Origin: Octopus bimaculoides
Lineage: Eukaryota
Direction: 5' to 3'
Length of the DNA stretch: 64,000 nucleotides
NCBI RefSeq assembly: GCF_001194135.2
Contig: NC_068988.1
Coordinates: 33,407,042 to 33,471,041 of the forward strand
Shown: piece after piece, positions 63,146 through 64,000 of the stretch
Numbering within the stretch: position 1 is the first letter of the stretch
How the letters are laid out: each line of letters starts with the position of its first letter
The notes under the pieces: model-generated
Seen by the model: only the letters and a program-made list of their open reading frames with translations
Databases searched by the model: none
Told to the model about the DNA's origin: nothing
Program-made: the position numbers and the translations under genes

Positions 63146-64000
63146 GTACGTTTAAATCTATTTACTCATTCAAAGAAACTCATGTAGTTGCTTAGATTTG
63201 AAGATAATATACAAATGCATTGGTGTTAAAACACTGTAGTATCGGAGAAGTACGACCAAATTTAAAAAGACAGTAACATAGCAGTCATAAATCAGCAATG
63301 TTTCAAAGAATCACACAGTCGGGTGTGTATTAATATATGCTGTAAAGCGTAGAAATTTCTTCCAAATGATTATACCCTGGTAGCATGCACCGTGTTCTAT
63401 TTAGTTCTTCTAGGTATAAAGTCGGGAGTATATATATATATATATATATATATNNNNNNNNNNATTAACCGCAAAAACTGCAAAAGAGTCATAAAAGTAG
63501 TAATCCTGTTCATCTTACGCGATGTTGCGATTAAAAAGCAGATTACTCAATATTTTAAGATCAAAATTATGTGTAACATGTCCAGAGTTATCATTGCTAA
63601 TAGACTACAAAACCCAATAACTGTGATGTTTTCAAACAGTTGAATTTTACAATATAGATGTATAAATGCTAACTCTCACAGATTTGATTCCAAGTACCAA
63701 AGGACTTGTTATTTAAAAAGTTAACCTTTCATATAATAGTCATAAGAATAACGAGTAATATGTACAAAGAACGCATGATTTAGTTTTGTAAATATTGTCA
63801 TGCCTATATTTCACAAAATCGATATTCCAACGCTAAAACATCGAAAACTTATGTAATAGACAAGCCGACGTAGACGCGCGCGCAAAACAAACAGACACAC
63901 ATATGCACTTATATTTCATTCTGTCATTCTCTCGCACTATCAGTCTCTCCCTCCATCTTTCTCTCTCTCTCTCTCTCTCTCGCTCTCCCTAGATATATAT

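Overview
AT-rich eukaryotic draft-assembly scaffold with 13 N-gaps, most flanked by dinucleotide microsatellites. The repeat landscape (tRNA-derived/CORE-type SINEs, (CA)n/(TA)n/(TATC)n/(TAA)n microsatellites, degenerate RTE, R4/Dong, CR1-like and Tc1/mariner relics) points to a coleoid cephalopod, most likely Octopus; this is an inference from repeat content. No intact autonomous element and no recognisable named gene is present, and nearly all ORF-track entries are microsatellite, N-gap or antisense artefacts. Best observations: (1) a head-to-tail stack of R4/Dong-type retroelements separated by their (TAA)n target (13.3-19.5 kb); (2) a frame-consistent chain of short phase-1 exons (33.4-37.7 kb) that could encode the transmembrane end and Tyr-bearing tail of an unrecognised single-pass membrane protein; (3) three long fold-back palindromes, one with an internal telomere-like tract; (4) two degenerate hammerhead-ribozyme-like motifs; (5) LINE relics with unusual zinc-finger modules (triple CCCH in ORF1, triple C2H2 at an RTE C-terminus). 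I cannot claim a new biological system; these are testable leads.
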